Position numbers and translations under genes: made by a program. The notes below the pieces were generated by a model. The model had not been told where the DNA came from and made no database searches. It saw only the letters and a program-made list of their open reading frames with translations. From Verrucomicrobiota bacterium (GTDB taxonomy: Bacteria > Verrucomicrobiota > Verrucomicrobiia > Limisphaerales > CANJXF01), in NCBI GenBank assembly GCA_038214755.1, contig JBBQRQ010000058.1:1-31640 (forward strand): 31,640 nucleotides of DNA, given 5' to 3'. Shown piece by piece: positions 18,059 through 26,344 of the stretch. How positions within the stretch are numbered: the first letter of the stretch is position 1; each line of letters opens with the position of its first letter.

Positions 18059-19087
18059 CTACTTCGCGTGCGGACTCTGTTCGTAATGCCTCCGCAAAAT
18101 ATCTTCGCCAAAATCATTTTCGAAATCGCGCCAGACGGCGTGGACGTGGTTCGCGTTATTTTGCGTGTTGTCGTATTCCATCAGAAACGTTGGACCTTGG
18201 ATTCGATAATAGTGCGGGTCGCCTCTCTTCTCTCCGCCCGCCCAGGCAAAATAAATTTTATCCACACCCGTTTTCTCAATTTTAGCCAAATCTTCTTTTG
18301 CGATTTCAGATCGGTAACGGGTCAAATATTCTTTGATCAATTTCATCAATAGCGCGGATTGCTCCTTCGTCATTTTCGTTTGCGGCAGGCCGGTCACTTC
18401 GAGCGCGCTCACTTTGCGTTTGTTGCCGGTGATCACTTCTTTCGGCGCGTCGGTGGAAAAAATCGCCACACTTTTCTGTTCTGGAGAAAATGATTGCAAA
18501 AGTTTCCGCCCCAAATCTTCTTCGCTCCCCAGAACACGAACACCTTTACGCGGCCCTTCCTTAACTTCTCCGGGATTAGATCCGAGAAACGACGGCGTCA
18601 CCAAAATATTTTTTCCGTCGGCAATCGTGAAGTTAATCGAAATGTGATGACCTTCCACGCGCCAGCCCCACGGTTTGTCCGCGCCGGGTTTTCCAAAAAC
18701 GGAAACGTAATACATCTCCGGATCGCGCTTCGGACTTTTATTTTCCATGTCGAACAAAACCAATTCGAGGCTCATGATATTCGTCACCTTCCCGTAACCG
18801 CGCCCGCTCAATCCCGATTTCAAAAGCGAATGAGCAAGCTTGCGTTGCGGCGCGGTCATTTCTTTCAGTGGCAAACCGTTCCTCGGTTTAGGAATAAAAT
18901 GCCAGTTCTCGCGTTCGTCACTTTTCAAATCAAACGACGCTTTCGCCTGCTGCTCCGGTTTGAGCGCGTTTAAAAAATCGTTCGCGGCTTTCGCCATTTC
19001 GCCCGCCGGATTGGCGGCGAGAATTGGCGCGGCGTTCAACCAGACGAAGGCCAGCACCAGAGAAAAAGTAGTTTGGGTAAATTTCAT
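18059..19087 (-). CDS. Secreted DUF3500 family protein
   Basis: Signal peptide; WHFIP, YYVSVFGKP, WGWRVEGHHIS, YYRIQGPTFLMEYDN, HVHAVWRD. Confidence 0.85.
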   Translation of the reverse strand: MKFTQTTFSLVLAFVWLNAAPILAANPAGEMAKAANDFLNALKPEQQAKASFDLKSDERENWHFIPKPRNGLPLKEMTAPQRKLAHSLLKSGLSGRGYGKVTNIMSLELVLFDMENKSPKRDPEMYYVSVFGKPGADKPWGWRVEGHHISINFTIADGKNILVTPSFLGSNPGEVKEGPRKGVRVLGSEEDLGRKLLQSFSPEQKSVAIFSTDAPKEVITGNKRKVSALEVTGLPQTKMTKEQSALLMKLIKEYLTRYRSEIAKEDLAKIEKTGVDKIYFAWAGGEKRGDPHYYRIQGPTFLMEYDNTQNNANHVHAVWRDFENDFGEDILRRHYEQSPHAK

Positions 19088-19144
19088 AACCGCAGAGTCA
19101 AATCATTTTTCGGCCAACGCAATTGGAAAATGGATGAAGTTCAA

Positions 19145-19425
19145 AACCACGAATGGACGCGAAGGAACCCAGCGCGACGGAGCCGCACCCCAAAAGCGTG
19201 TTTAACGCAAAGGTCGCAAAGGTTTTCGCAGAGGAGCGCAGAGGAATGACCTTTGCGTCCTTTGCGAGAACCTCCGCGCCCTCTGCGTTTAAATGGATAA
19301 TTCCCCAAAACAACGAGGAAAATTTTGCCGGATATGCGCGAGTCTTCGACGTAGCACTACGAATCGGAAGGTGGATAAGAAGCTTGGGTTTTCTTATTCG
19401 TGTTTATTTGTGTCCATTCCTGGTT
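19145..19425. repeat. Nested inverted repeats: outer AACCACGAATGGAC family, inner TTTAACGCAAAGG/CGCAGAGG family (19201..19293)
   Basis: Outer arms 19145..19163 and ~19407..19425; inner arms 19201..19244 and 19250..19293. Confidence 0.8.
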
Positions 19426-19475
19426 GTCGAATATCCAGATTAGACAACCATACCTTCCATTCATACTTTGCCGCC

Positions 19476-20258
19476 GTGAAAATTTTGTTTGTCGGAGACA
19501 TTGTGGGCGAGCCGGGGCGAAGGGCTTTGCAACAACTGGTGCCGAAATTGAAGCGCCAGCACGAAATCAATTTGGTCATCGCGAATGGTGAAAATTCCGC
19601 GGGCGGCGCGGGCATCACCGTTAAGACCGCGATGGAAATTTACGGCGCGGGCGTGGATGTCATCACCACCGGCGACCATCTTTGGGACCAAAAAGAAGTC
19701 ACCGCGCTGTTGCAAAATGAGCCGCGATTTTTGCGTCCGTGCAATTATCCGCGGGGCACGATTGGCCAGGGAAGCATGATCTGGCAAATCGCGAGTATGC
19801 CGCCGGTTGCGGTGCTGAATTTGCAGGGACGCACTTTCATGCCTCCATTGGAAAATCCATTTTCCTGCGCGCAAATCGAAGTCGAGCGACTCCGCAAAAT
19901 CACGCCGATTATTTTTGTCGATTTTCACGCGGAAGCGACTTCAGAAAAAATTGCGCTGGCGCGAATGCTCGACGGAAAAGTCAGCGCCGTCATCGGCACG
20001 CACACGCACGTGCAAACGGCGGATGAACAAATTTTTCCCGGCGGCACGGCCTATCTTTCCGACGCAGGTTTTACCGGCCCGCAAGCCAGTGTGCTCGGTC
20101 GCGAAATCGAACCGGTCATCAAAAAGTTTTTGACCAGCACGCCCCAAAAATTTGAGATCGCCACGGAAGATGTATTTTTGAAAGGCGTGTTGATCGAGGT
20201 GGATGAAGTCAGTGGCAGGGCGCTGAAAATTGAGCGAGTATCTCAGGCTGCGCCGTAG
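19476..20258 (+). CDS. ymdB: YmdB/TIGR00282 family metallophosphoesterase
   Basis: FVGDIVG, ANGEN, TTGDH, DFHAEATSEK, GTHTHV. GTG start at 19476. Confidence 0.92.
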   Translation: MKILFVGDIVGEPGRRALQQLVPKLKRQHEINLVIANGENSAGGAGITVKTAMEIYGAGVDVITTGDHLWDQKEVTALLQNEPRFLRPCNYPRGTIGQGSMIWQIASMPPVAVLNLQGRTFMPPLENPFSCAQIEVERLRKITPIIFVDFHAEATSEKIALARMLDGKVSAVIGTHTHVQTADEQIFPGGTAYLSDAGFTGPQASVLGREIEPVIKKFLTSTPQKFEIATEDVFLKGVLIEVDEVSGRALKIERVSQAAP

Positions 20259-20324
20259 CCGCCGACGTGAGGAGGCGGAGATCTTAATTCACAGAATCCG
20301 CCTCCTCACGTCGGCGGCTACGGC
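20252..20324. repeat. GTAG-type REP doublet with perfect 28-bp arms
   Basis: GCCGTAGCCGCCGACGTGAGGAGGCGGA / TCCGCCTCCTCACGTCGGCGGCTACGGC; the GTAG supplies the ymdB TAG stop. Confidence 0.92.
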
Positions 20325-20768
20325 ATGGCAAAAATTAGAACATCGTTTCAAAACCTGCTGCGCGAAAATGGCCGTCGTTGGTAAACGCTTTGGAAATCCC
20401 GAGCCGTCGCATGACAACAAAAGAAACGTGATCCACGATTCCGGCGGAGTCCGCTTCGCCACGCTCAAAAGAGAGCCATGCTTTTCGCCAGTCATCGGTC
20501 GTTGGAACAGTCAACCGTCCTTCCTGTTCCATGTGTTTACGCAATCTACTGACGACTGAACGATATGGACGGCGCGCGGCGGCGTTGTCGCATTCCAGGA
20601 GAACGAAAGTGGTGGCCACCAGGTTGGGACGTGTTCTTATTCCAAGTTGGTTTCAAGATGAGACTAATCTTGGAGACCCTCACCCCGCCTCGCGTGGGGA
20701 GACTGCCCGTTTGGAATTTGTTTGCTGACATTTCCGAGCCGCGCCAGCCCACGCCACGGAGGCGAGGA

Positions 20769-20798
20769 CTGATGCACACTTTGCAAAGTGTGCATCAG
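20769..20798. promoter_or_regulatory. Perfect 30-bp palindrome, copy 1
   Basis: CTGATGCACACTTTGCAAAGTGTGCATCAG. Confidence 0.8.
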
Positions 20799-20953
20799 GG
20801 TCCGTCGCTCCTGAGAGAATGTCCAGACTTCATTGTTGCGTAGTGACCATCGAGGATAGCCATGAACTTCACTCGCATGGCGCGCCGTGACCCCCGGCTT
20901 CAGTCGGCGGCCCAGCCGCCCCTCCGAAACCAGGCCGGAAGGACTGGGGAGGC

Positions 20954-20989
20954 TTGACCGAAAAAGGCACACTTTGCAAAGTATGCACC
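20954..20989 (+). promoter_or_regulatory. Putative leaderless promoter overlapped by palindrome copy 2 (20967..20986)
   Basis: TTGACC-17 nt-CAAAGT-7 nt-ATG; GCACACTTTGCAAAGTATGC covers the -10 box. Confidence 0.55.
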
Positions 20990-21562
20990 ATGACGACTCC
21001 CTCTGCCCCTACGCTCTGGCGCACCTGCCGTGTGCTGGCCAATCGGACGCGCCTGCAGATGCTCCGCCTGCTCTACCAAGACCCGCCCCTGAGCGTCTCC
21101 GCGGTGGCCCTGCGCCTGGAACAGCCGTTGCCCTTGGCCAGCCAGTCCTTGCGGGCGCTGGAAGCCCGAGGGCTGCTCAAAGTCCGCCGCACGGGTCGCC
21201 GGGTGGAATACCGACCCGCGTTGGGCACGAGCGGAGAGTCCGCGCCCGGACTGGGTCCCGCCTTGAGACGAGCGTTCCAACGCGAGCCCCATCCGATCGA
21301 GACGCTCTACCAACTGGCGACGGCCTTCACCCATCCGCGGCGGATTGAGATTTACCGCGCCCTGCACCCGGAAGCCCGGACCCTGGCGCAACTGAAAGTG
21401 GTCACCCGGATTTCTGCCCATCCGTTGCTGCGGCATCTGAGGAAACTGGAGGCGCGAGGATTCGTCGTGGAACGGCAGGGGCTTTACACCGTGGCCCAGC
21501 GGCCCGACGCCTTCGGGCGCGCGCTGGCGCGGCTGGCGGGTGGAGAGCCGAGGGAGGGTTGA
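20990..21562 (+). CDS. Tandem (two-domain) ArsR-type winged helix-turn-helix protein
   Basis: Two similar repeats: LANRTRLQMLRLL...SQSLRALEARGLL and FTHPRRIEIYRAL...LRHLRKLEARGFV. Confidence 0.8.
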   Translation: MTTPSAPTLWRTCRVLANRTRLQMLRLLYQDPPLSVSAVALRLEQPLPLASQSLRALEARGLLKVRRTGRRVEYRPALGTSGESAPGLGPALRRAFQREPHPIETLYQLATAFTHPRRIEIYRALHPEARTLAQLKVVTRISAHPLLRHLRKLEARGFVVERQGLYTVAQRPDAFGRALARLAGGEPREG

Positions 21563-21587
21563 TCCACACTTTGCAAAGTGTGCATCA
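21560..21587. promoter_or_regulatory. Palindrome copy 3, beginning with the stop codon of the wHTH gene
   Basis: TGATCCACACTTTGCAAAGTGTGCATCA (one mismatch). Confidence 0.8.
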
Positions 21588-21771
21588 CGGCCCGCCACGT
21601 CCGAGAAAATGTCCAAACTCCCGTCTCCCCACCGAGTGGGAGAGCGGAGCTTTGTCTCATCTTGAACGCTCATTGGAAATAGGAGTTGAGAAAAACTTTC
21701 TTTAGCCGGTGAATGCCATTGATCATCCTCATCCCAAAGAGCGATAAGACCCACTGTATCGAGGAACACCG

Positions 21772-21987
21772 TCATGGTTGGTGTTCATTCTGGCGAGCAG
21801 CCACATCGTGTTCGCCCGAGCGGAATCGCGCTGACAAAAGATCGTAGATGCCCTGCGTGTTTCCGGGCCTCACCTCTTCGTGTCCAACAATTTTCGGCTC
21901 AAACTCCACCCGCGTTTGTTCTGCCAACTCGACCGCTTCAAGCGGGCGAAACACTCCGTGCTCATAGATCGCGTGAATCGTTTTCAT
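21772..21987 (-). CDS. AF2212/DUF104-like antitoxin
   Basis: MKTIHAIYEHGVFRPLEAVELAE; ATGA overlap with the PIN gene. Confidence 0.85.
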   Translation of the reverse strand: MKTIHAIYEHGVFRPLEAVELAEQTRVEFEPKIVGHEEVRPGNTQGIYDLLSARFRSGEHDVAARQNEHQP

Positions 21988-22077
21988 CCCTGTTATTTAC
22001 TCTGTCGAATCAATCATTGCGACACGAATTTCCAGATTTGCTCCGCTCGCTATTCATGGCTTAATTAATTTTGAACG

Positions 22078-23547
22078 ATGAATAAACAAGTCATCTCACA
22101 ATGGGATTTTCGCGGCGAATTATTTCCCGAAGAAGCGATGCGTCACGTGCTGTCCGTCACGGAATTGACCGCGCAAGTCCGACGCCTGCTCGAAAAACAG
22201 ATCGGCAAAATCTGGGTCGCCGGCGAGATCAGCAATTTGCGGGCGCAAACTTCCGGCCATCTTTATTTCACGCTCAAAGACGCCAACGCGCAGTTGAATT
22301 GCATTTTGTTTCGGAGTGATTGCATCGCGCAACGCGAATTTCTCCAGGACGGCCGCAAAGCTTTGTTGCAAGGTGAAATGACCGTTTACGAAACACGCGG
22401 GCAATATCAGTTGCGTGTGGTCGCGATTGAATTACAGGGTGTCGGCGCGCTGCAAATTGCGTTTGAAAAATTAAAACAAAAACTCGGCGCGGAAGGTTTT
22501 TTTGCCCCTGAACGCAAACGTCCGTTGCCGCGTTTTCCCGAAACGATTGGCTTGATCACGTCGCCCACCGGCGCGGCGATTCGCGATGTCCTGCACGTGG
22601 TGCGTCGGCGCAATCCGTCTTTGAAAATAGTTTTTGTTCCGTGCCGGGTGCAAGGGGCGGGGGCGGCGGATGAGATCGCGCTAGCCATTCGGGCACTGAA
22701 TCAGTTTTCGGTTGGGGAAGAGGAGAAGGGGAGAAAGGGAGAAGGGGAGAGTGCCCCCTTTCACCTCTTCTCCTCTGCTCCCCGGCCATCGCTCGATTTG
22801 ATTTTGCTCACGCGCGGCGGCGGCAGTCTGGAAGATTTGTGGGCATTCAACGAGGAGGTGGTGGCACGGGCGATTTACGAATCGCGCGTTCCGATTATTT
22901 CCGCGGTCGGGCATGAAATTGATTTTACCATTAGCGATTTTGTGGCGGACTTTCGCGCGGCAACTCCGAGCGCCGCCGCGGAAATTATTACTCAAGGAAT
23001 TTTCTCCAGTTGCAAATTTGTTTGGGAAATCGGCGACTGGTTTCGCATCCGCACCCAACAAGTTTTTCGGCGCAAGAAAGATTTTTTACTCGGCGTTTCT
23101 CGACGGCTGGCGCGCGCGCATCCGCGACGGCGTATCGACGACCAACTCCAACACCTGGATGATTTGCAAACCAGCCTCGCGCGGTGTGTGCGACACGATT
23201 GGCGTAAGCAACAAATCGCTTCACAACTTTTGCGCCAACGATTGTGGCGGCTGCGGCCGCGACAACTTTTGTTGCAGCGCAAAGAGCTGATTGCCGCGAC
23301 CAGCGAACGTTTGTTGGAACAGGCGCGTCATCAGTTGCGCCTCGCGAAAAATAGTGTCGGCGATCTCGAGACGCGCCTGCGTTTGTTGTCGCCTAAGAAA
23401 GTTCTGTCGCGCGGATATTCCATCACGGCGGATGCGATGAGCGGAAAAGTGATACGTCATTCCAGCGAAGTGAGTTCGGGACAAAAGTTGCGGACGCGCC
23501 TGGCGTCGGGGGAAATCGGAAGCGTCGTCGAAAACAAATCAGACTGA
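22078..23547 (+). CDS. xseA: Exodeoxyribonuclease VII large subunit
   Basis: LSVTEL, GEISN, SGHLYFTLKD, TSPTGAAIRD, RGGGSLEDLWAFN, SAVGHEID, TPSAAAE, LSRGYSI. Confidence 0.95.
   Translation: MNKQVISQWDFRGELFPEEAMRHVLSVTELTAQVRRLLEKQIGKIWVAGEISNLRAQTSGHLYFTLKDANAQLNCILFRSDCIAQREFLQDGRKALLQGEMTVYETRGQYQLRVVAIELQGVGALQIAFEKLKQKLGAEGFFAPERKRPLPRFPETIGLITSPTGAAIRDVLHVVRRRNPSLKIVFVPCRVQGAGAADEIALAIRALNQFSVGEEEKGRKGEGESAPFHLFSSAPRPSLDLILLTRGGGSLEDLWAFNEEVVARAIYESRVPIISAVGHEIDFTISDFVADFRAATPSAAAEIITQGIFSSCKFVWEIGDWFRIRTQQVFRRKKDFLLGVSRRLARAHPRRRIDDQLQHLDDLQTSLARCVRHDWRKQQIASQLLRQRLWRLRPRQLLLQRKELIAATSERLLEQARHQLRLAKNSVGDLETRLRLLSPKKVLSRGYSITADAMSGKVIRHSSEVSSGQKLRTRLASGEIGSVVENKSD
22714..22783. repeat. 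Octamer-based purine/pyrimidine inverted repeat inside xseA
   Basis: GGGGAAGA GGAGAAGG GGAGAAAG GGAGAAGG GGAGA gtg CCCCCTTT CACCTCTT CTCCTCTG CTCCCC; encodes GEEEKGRKGEGESAPFHLFSSAP. Confidence 0.8.
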
Positions 23548-23598
23548 TTTCCTTTCCAGAATTTGAAGTCGCGGCGGCGGGAAGTTAAAACGAGCGGC

Positions 23599-23740
23599 GG
23601 GTAGCATCTGCCTCCGGCGGGTGGGAAGATATTTTTTGGAACGCCGATCTCCCGATCGGCTCGTTGCCGCGGTCCGTGCCGATCGGGAGATCGGCGCTCC
23701 GAATAGGTCTCTGCGCACCCGCCGGAGGCAGATGCTACCC
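23599..23740. repeat. GGGTAGCATCTGCC REP doublet with a second palindromic element (23638..23700) nested in its spacer
   Basis: Outer perfect 25-bp arms 23599..23623 and 23716..23740; inner GGAACGCCGATCTCCCGATCGGC / GCCGATCGGGAGATCGGCGCTCC. Confidence 0.92.
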
Positions 23741-23777
23741 CGCGAAATTCGCTTTTCCCGAGATTTTGCATCAGAGC

Positions 23778-23887
23778 CGTAGCGCAGGTTTTTAACCTGC
23801 CGTATCGCGGGTTTGCAACCCGCTGGACCTCGCGACACACTGCCGGTTTCAAACCGGCGATACAGCAGCTTGCAAAGCTGCGCTACG
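23778..23887. repeat. GTAGCGCAG-family REP element, inverted twin of 28489..28598
   Basis: 110 bp, 6 substitutions relative to the reverse complement of 28489..28598. Confidence 0.92.
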
Positions 23888-23898
23888 TCAAACCCCGT

Positions 23899-24444
23899 TT
23901 ACTCGCCTTTGGATGAAAACTGATCTTCTTTATTTTTGAAAAGGACATTGAACGTGGTCAACGAGCCGTAACATCGGCTGATGTATTGTTGCAGGTCCAC
24001 TTTCTCAGCGTCGGTCAAAACAGGGTGGCTGTTAATTTTTTGCTCCATCACGCGCAACTGATTCCGCACGCCGACGATTTTATGAAAGAAAATTTCCAGC
24101 GGAATTTCTTTCGTTTGCAACGCCGGATCGGCAGGGTGCAAGACTAATTTTCCTTTGTGCCAGCGCAAGCCCAGCTCCGACACGACTGAACCCGGCTGTT
24201 CCAAACCCAGGCTGTCGATGACGCTCGCCACCGTGTCTTCGATAAATTGTTGCAAAGGAATTTCCGTCCCGCCGATGTTCACGCGCGGTTCGGCCACGCT
24301 GATTTCCGCCATTTCGGGATCAATGGTTTTTAAAATATTTCCAAAACGAATCTCGGCGCCATTCGACGAAATTTTTTCCACGATCCCTTCGCCGTGTTGC
24401 GGATGATTTATTCTGAGACCGATGGTCAAGGATTCGATTTTCAT
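23899..24444 (-). CDS. Conserved hypothetical protein
   Basis: N-terminal GLRINHPQHGEGIV beta-barrel-like motif; C-terminal FFHKIV...EQKINSH...YISRCYGSLTTFNVLF; cotranscribed position after the TRAP permease. Confidence 0.75.
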   Translation of the reverse strand: MKIESLTIGLRINHPQHGEGIVEKISSNGAEIRFGNILKTIDPEMAEISVAEPRVNIGGTEIPLQQFIEDTVASVIDSLGLEQPGSVVSELGLRWHKGKLVLHPADPALQTKEIPLEIFFHKIVGVRNQLRVMEQKINSHPVLTDAEKVDLQQYISRCYGSLTTFNVLFKNKEDQFSSKGE

Positions 24445-24454
24445 TGGGTGCAAT

Positions 24455-26344
24455 TTATTTTTTAAACAGGGACGGGAGAAAAGTGGTGAGCGGCGGCAGA
24501 TAAGTAATCAGCAGCACGCCGATGATCAACACGCATTGCATGGGCAGGACGGAGCGCGAAATTTCCAGTACCGGTTTATTGAAACGATAAGACGATAAAA
24601 AAATATTGATCCCAGCCGTCGGAGTGAGAAGACCCAGCTCCATGTTCGCCAGAAAAATAATTCCCAGATGAATTGGATCAATGCCGTAGGCCAGGCCGAG
24701 CGGCACAATAATCGGGACGACCACCACGATGGCCGAAAACATATCCATCACGCAGCCGACGGCGAGCAAGCAGGCGTTGAGCGCGAGGAGGAAGGTGTAT
24801 TTGGAATGGACGGTGTGAGTCACCCACTCGACGGCGCGCGTGGGAATTTGCGCGTCGATTAAATAATTGGTGAAGCCGAGTGCCACGCCGAGAATCAACA
24901 ACACGCCGCCGACCAACACGCCGCATTCGGCCATGACGCGCGCGACGTCGCCGCGTTTTTTGAAATCGCGATAGACAAAGGTTTCGACGAAAAAAGCGTA
25001 AAACGCGGTGACAGCGGCCGCTTCCACCGGCGTGGCAAATCCGCTGAACAACGCGACGAGCGCGACGATGGGCAAAAGCAATTCCCATTTCGCAGCCCAA
25101 ATGGCGCGACCGGCTTCGACTCGATCAAAAATTTTTCGCTCAGATTTATTTTTCTTTTTCGGGCCAATCCAAATTCCCAGCCAGATCGCCATCGCGACCA
25201 GCAACAGCGCAGGCCCCAGTCCGCCGAGAAACATTTTTTCAATGGTGACGCCTGAGCCTCGAGAATTGGAACTGGCGACAATCGCGTAAAGAATCAGCGG
25301 CAACGATGGCGGAAAAAGCAGCCCCAAACCGCCAGAGCCGGTGAGCAATCCCAAAGTGGCGCGCTGCGAATACCCGGCGTTGAGCAACACCGGCATGAGC
25401 AATCCGCCCAGCGCCAAAATGGTGACGCCTGACGCACCCGTGAACGACGTAAAAAATGCGCAGAGCAAAACCGTGACGATGGCCGGACCGCCGCGCATCG
25501 AGCCAAGCAATGCCTGGAAAACGCGAATCAATCTTTTCGACGCGCCGCCTTCCGCCAGAAAATATCCGGCCAGCGTGAACAACGGCACGGTGGCCAGCGT
25601 GGGGTTGGTGACGATGGAGTAATGCGTTAACGAAATGGAAGCGATGGGCAGGTCTTCTCCCCAAAATAAAATCAGCGCCGCGCCTCCGAGCATGACAAAG
25701 ATCGGCGCGCCGAGCACCACCGCCACCAGCAAAGTCAGCAGGCCGGGCATGACTAATTTCTCCGGCGGAAATGGCGGATGAAAACCAATCCAAACCATCG
25801 CGCCCGCCAAGACGAGCGCAATCAAGCGTCCCGTCCAGTTTTTCGCTGAATGCCACAACAGCCGGAGCGCGATGACAGCAAAACCGATGGGCATGATCAA
25901 TTGAATCGCCCAAACGTGAATGCCATAGGCGAGAATTTTTCCTCCCTCGCGTTCCGATTGCACGAGTTGCACGGCGGCCAGACAGAGAAAAGTGGTGATG
26001 GCAACGGCGAAGGCGCTACTGAGAATTTGCGCGAGGATTTGCCAGCGGCCTTTTAAAAAATTCGTCAGCGTGGAGAGCGCGAGCAACCGGCCATCGCGCG
26101 CGGCCAACATCCCGCCGAGCAAGCCGATGATGAGAACCAGATGTTGCTGGAAGGCGGTTGAGCCAGTGATGCCGGAGTGAAAGGATTTTCGCAGAAAAAT
26201 TTCCGCCAGCGGTAGAATCATCAGCACCGCCAGCGTCAGTGCGATGAGGAAATTTTCTCCCTGGCGCAACCGAAGTCGCCAGCCGCGAACCTCGGCCACG
26301 GTCTGATCGGGCGGTGGATATTCCACAGCGATTTCGTCGCTCAC
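24455..26344 (-). CDS. TRAP transporter fused small and large permease (DctQ-DctM)
   Basis: Four-TM DctQ-like N-terminus, then LATVPLFTLAG, FTGASG, LFPPSLPLILY, TPVEAA, GIDPIHLG. Confidence 0.9.
   Translation of the reverse strand: MSDEIAVEYPPPDQTVAEVRGWRLRLRQGENFLIALTLAVLMILPLAEIFLRKSFHSGITGSTAFQQHLVLIIGLLGGMLAARDGRLLALSTLTNFLKGRWQILAQILSSAFAVAITTFLCLAAVQLVQSEREGGKILAYGIHVWAIQLIMPIGFAVIALRLLWHSAKNWTGRLIALVLAGAMVWIGFHPPFPPEKLVMPGLLTLLVAVVLGAPIFVMLGGAALILFWGEDLPIASISLTHYSIVTNPTLATVPLFTLAGYFLAEGGASKRLIRVFQALLGSMRGGPAIVTVLLCAFFTSFTGASGVTILALGGLLMPVLLNAGYSQRATLGLLTGSGGLGLLFPPSLPLILYAIVASSNSRGSGVTIEKMFLGGLGPALLLVAMAIWLGIWIGPKKKNKSERKIFDRVEAGRAIWAAKWELLLPIVALVALFSGFATPVEAAAVTAFYAFFVETFVYRDFKKRGDVARVMAECGVLVGGVLLILGVALGFTNYLIDAQIPTRAVEWVTHTVHSKYTFLLALNACLLAVGCVMDMFSAIVVVVPIIVPLGLAYGIDPIHLGIIFLANMELGLLTPTAGINIFLSSYRFNKPVLEISRSVLPMQCVLIIGVLLITYLPPLTTFLPSLFKK

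Larger units (their letters stand above)
20640..21679. mobile_element. 1040-bp transposase-free insertion with imperfect terminal inverted repeats and a TA duplication
   Basis: Left end TTCCAAGTTGGTTTCAAGATGAGAC; right end (reverse complement) TTTCCAATGAGCGTTCAAGATGAGAC. TA at 20638-20639 and 21680-21681. Confidence 0.85.
20335..21775 (-). pseudogene. vapC: PIN-domain (VapC) toxin split by an insertion: 5' part 21775..21680, 3' part 20637..20335
   Basis: Rejoined frame gives 132 aa: MTVFLDTVGLIAL...DQWH...SQLL|RTRPNLVATTFVLLEC...GIVDHVSFVVMRRLGISKAFTNDGHFRAAGF, a typical PIN pattern. Confidence 0.88.

Noticed and set aside
19293..19475. 61-aa N-terminal extension of ymdB
   Set aside because: It runs through repeat DNA; the conserved KILFVGD begins at GTG 19476 behind a plausible promoter.
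20769..21587. Palindrome copies as a CRISPR array
   Set aside because: Only three copies, spaced about 170 and 570 bp apart with a gene in between, and no cas genes.
20900..21775. 291-aa minus-strand ORF as a real gene
   Set aside because: It is the first 32 vapC codons reading into the insertion, antisense to the wHTH gene.
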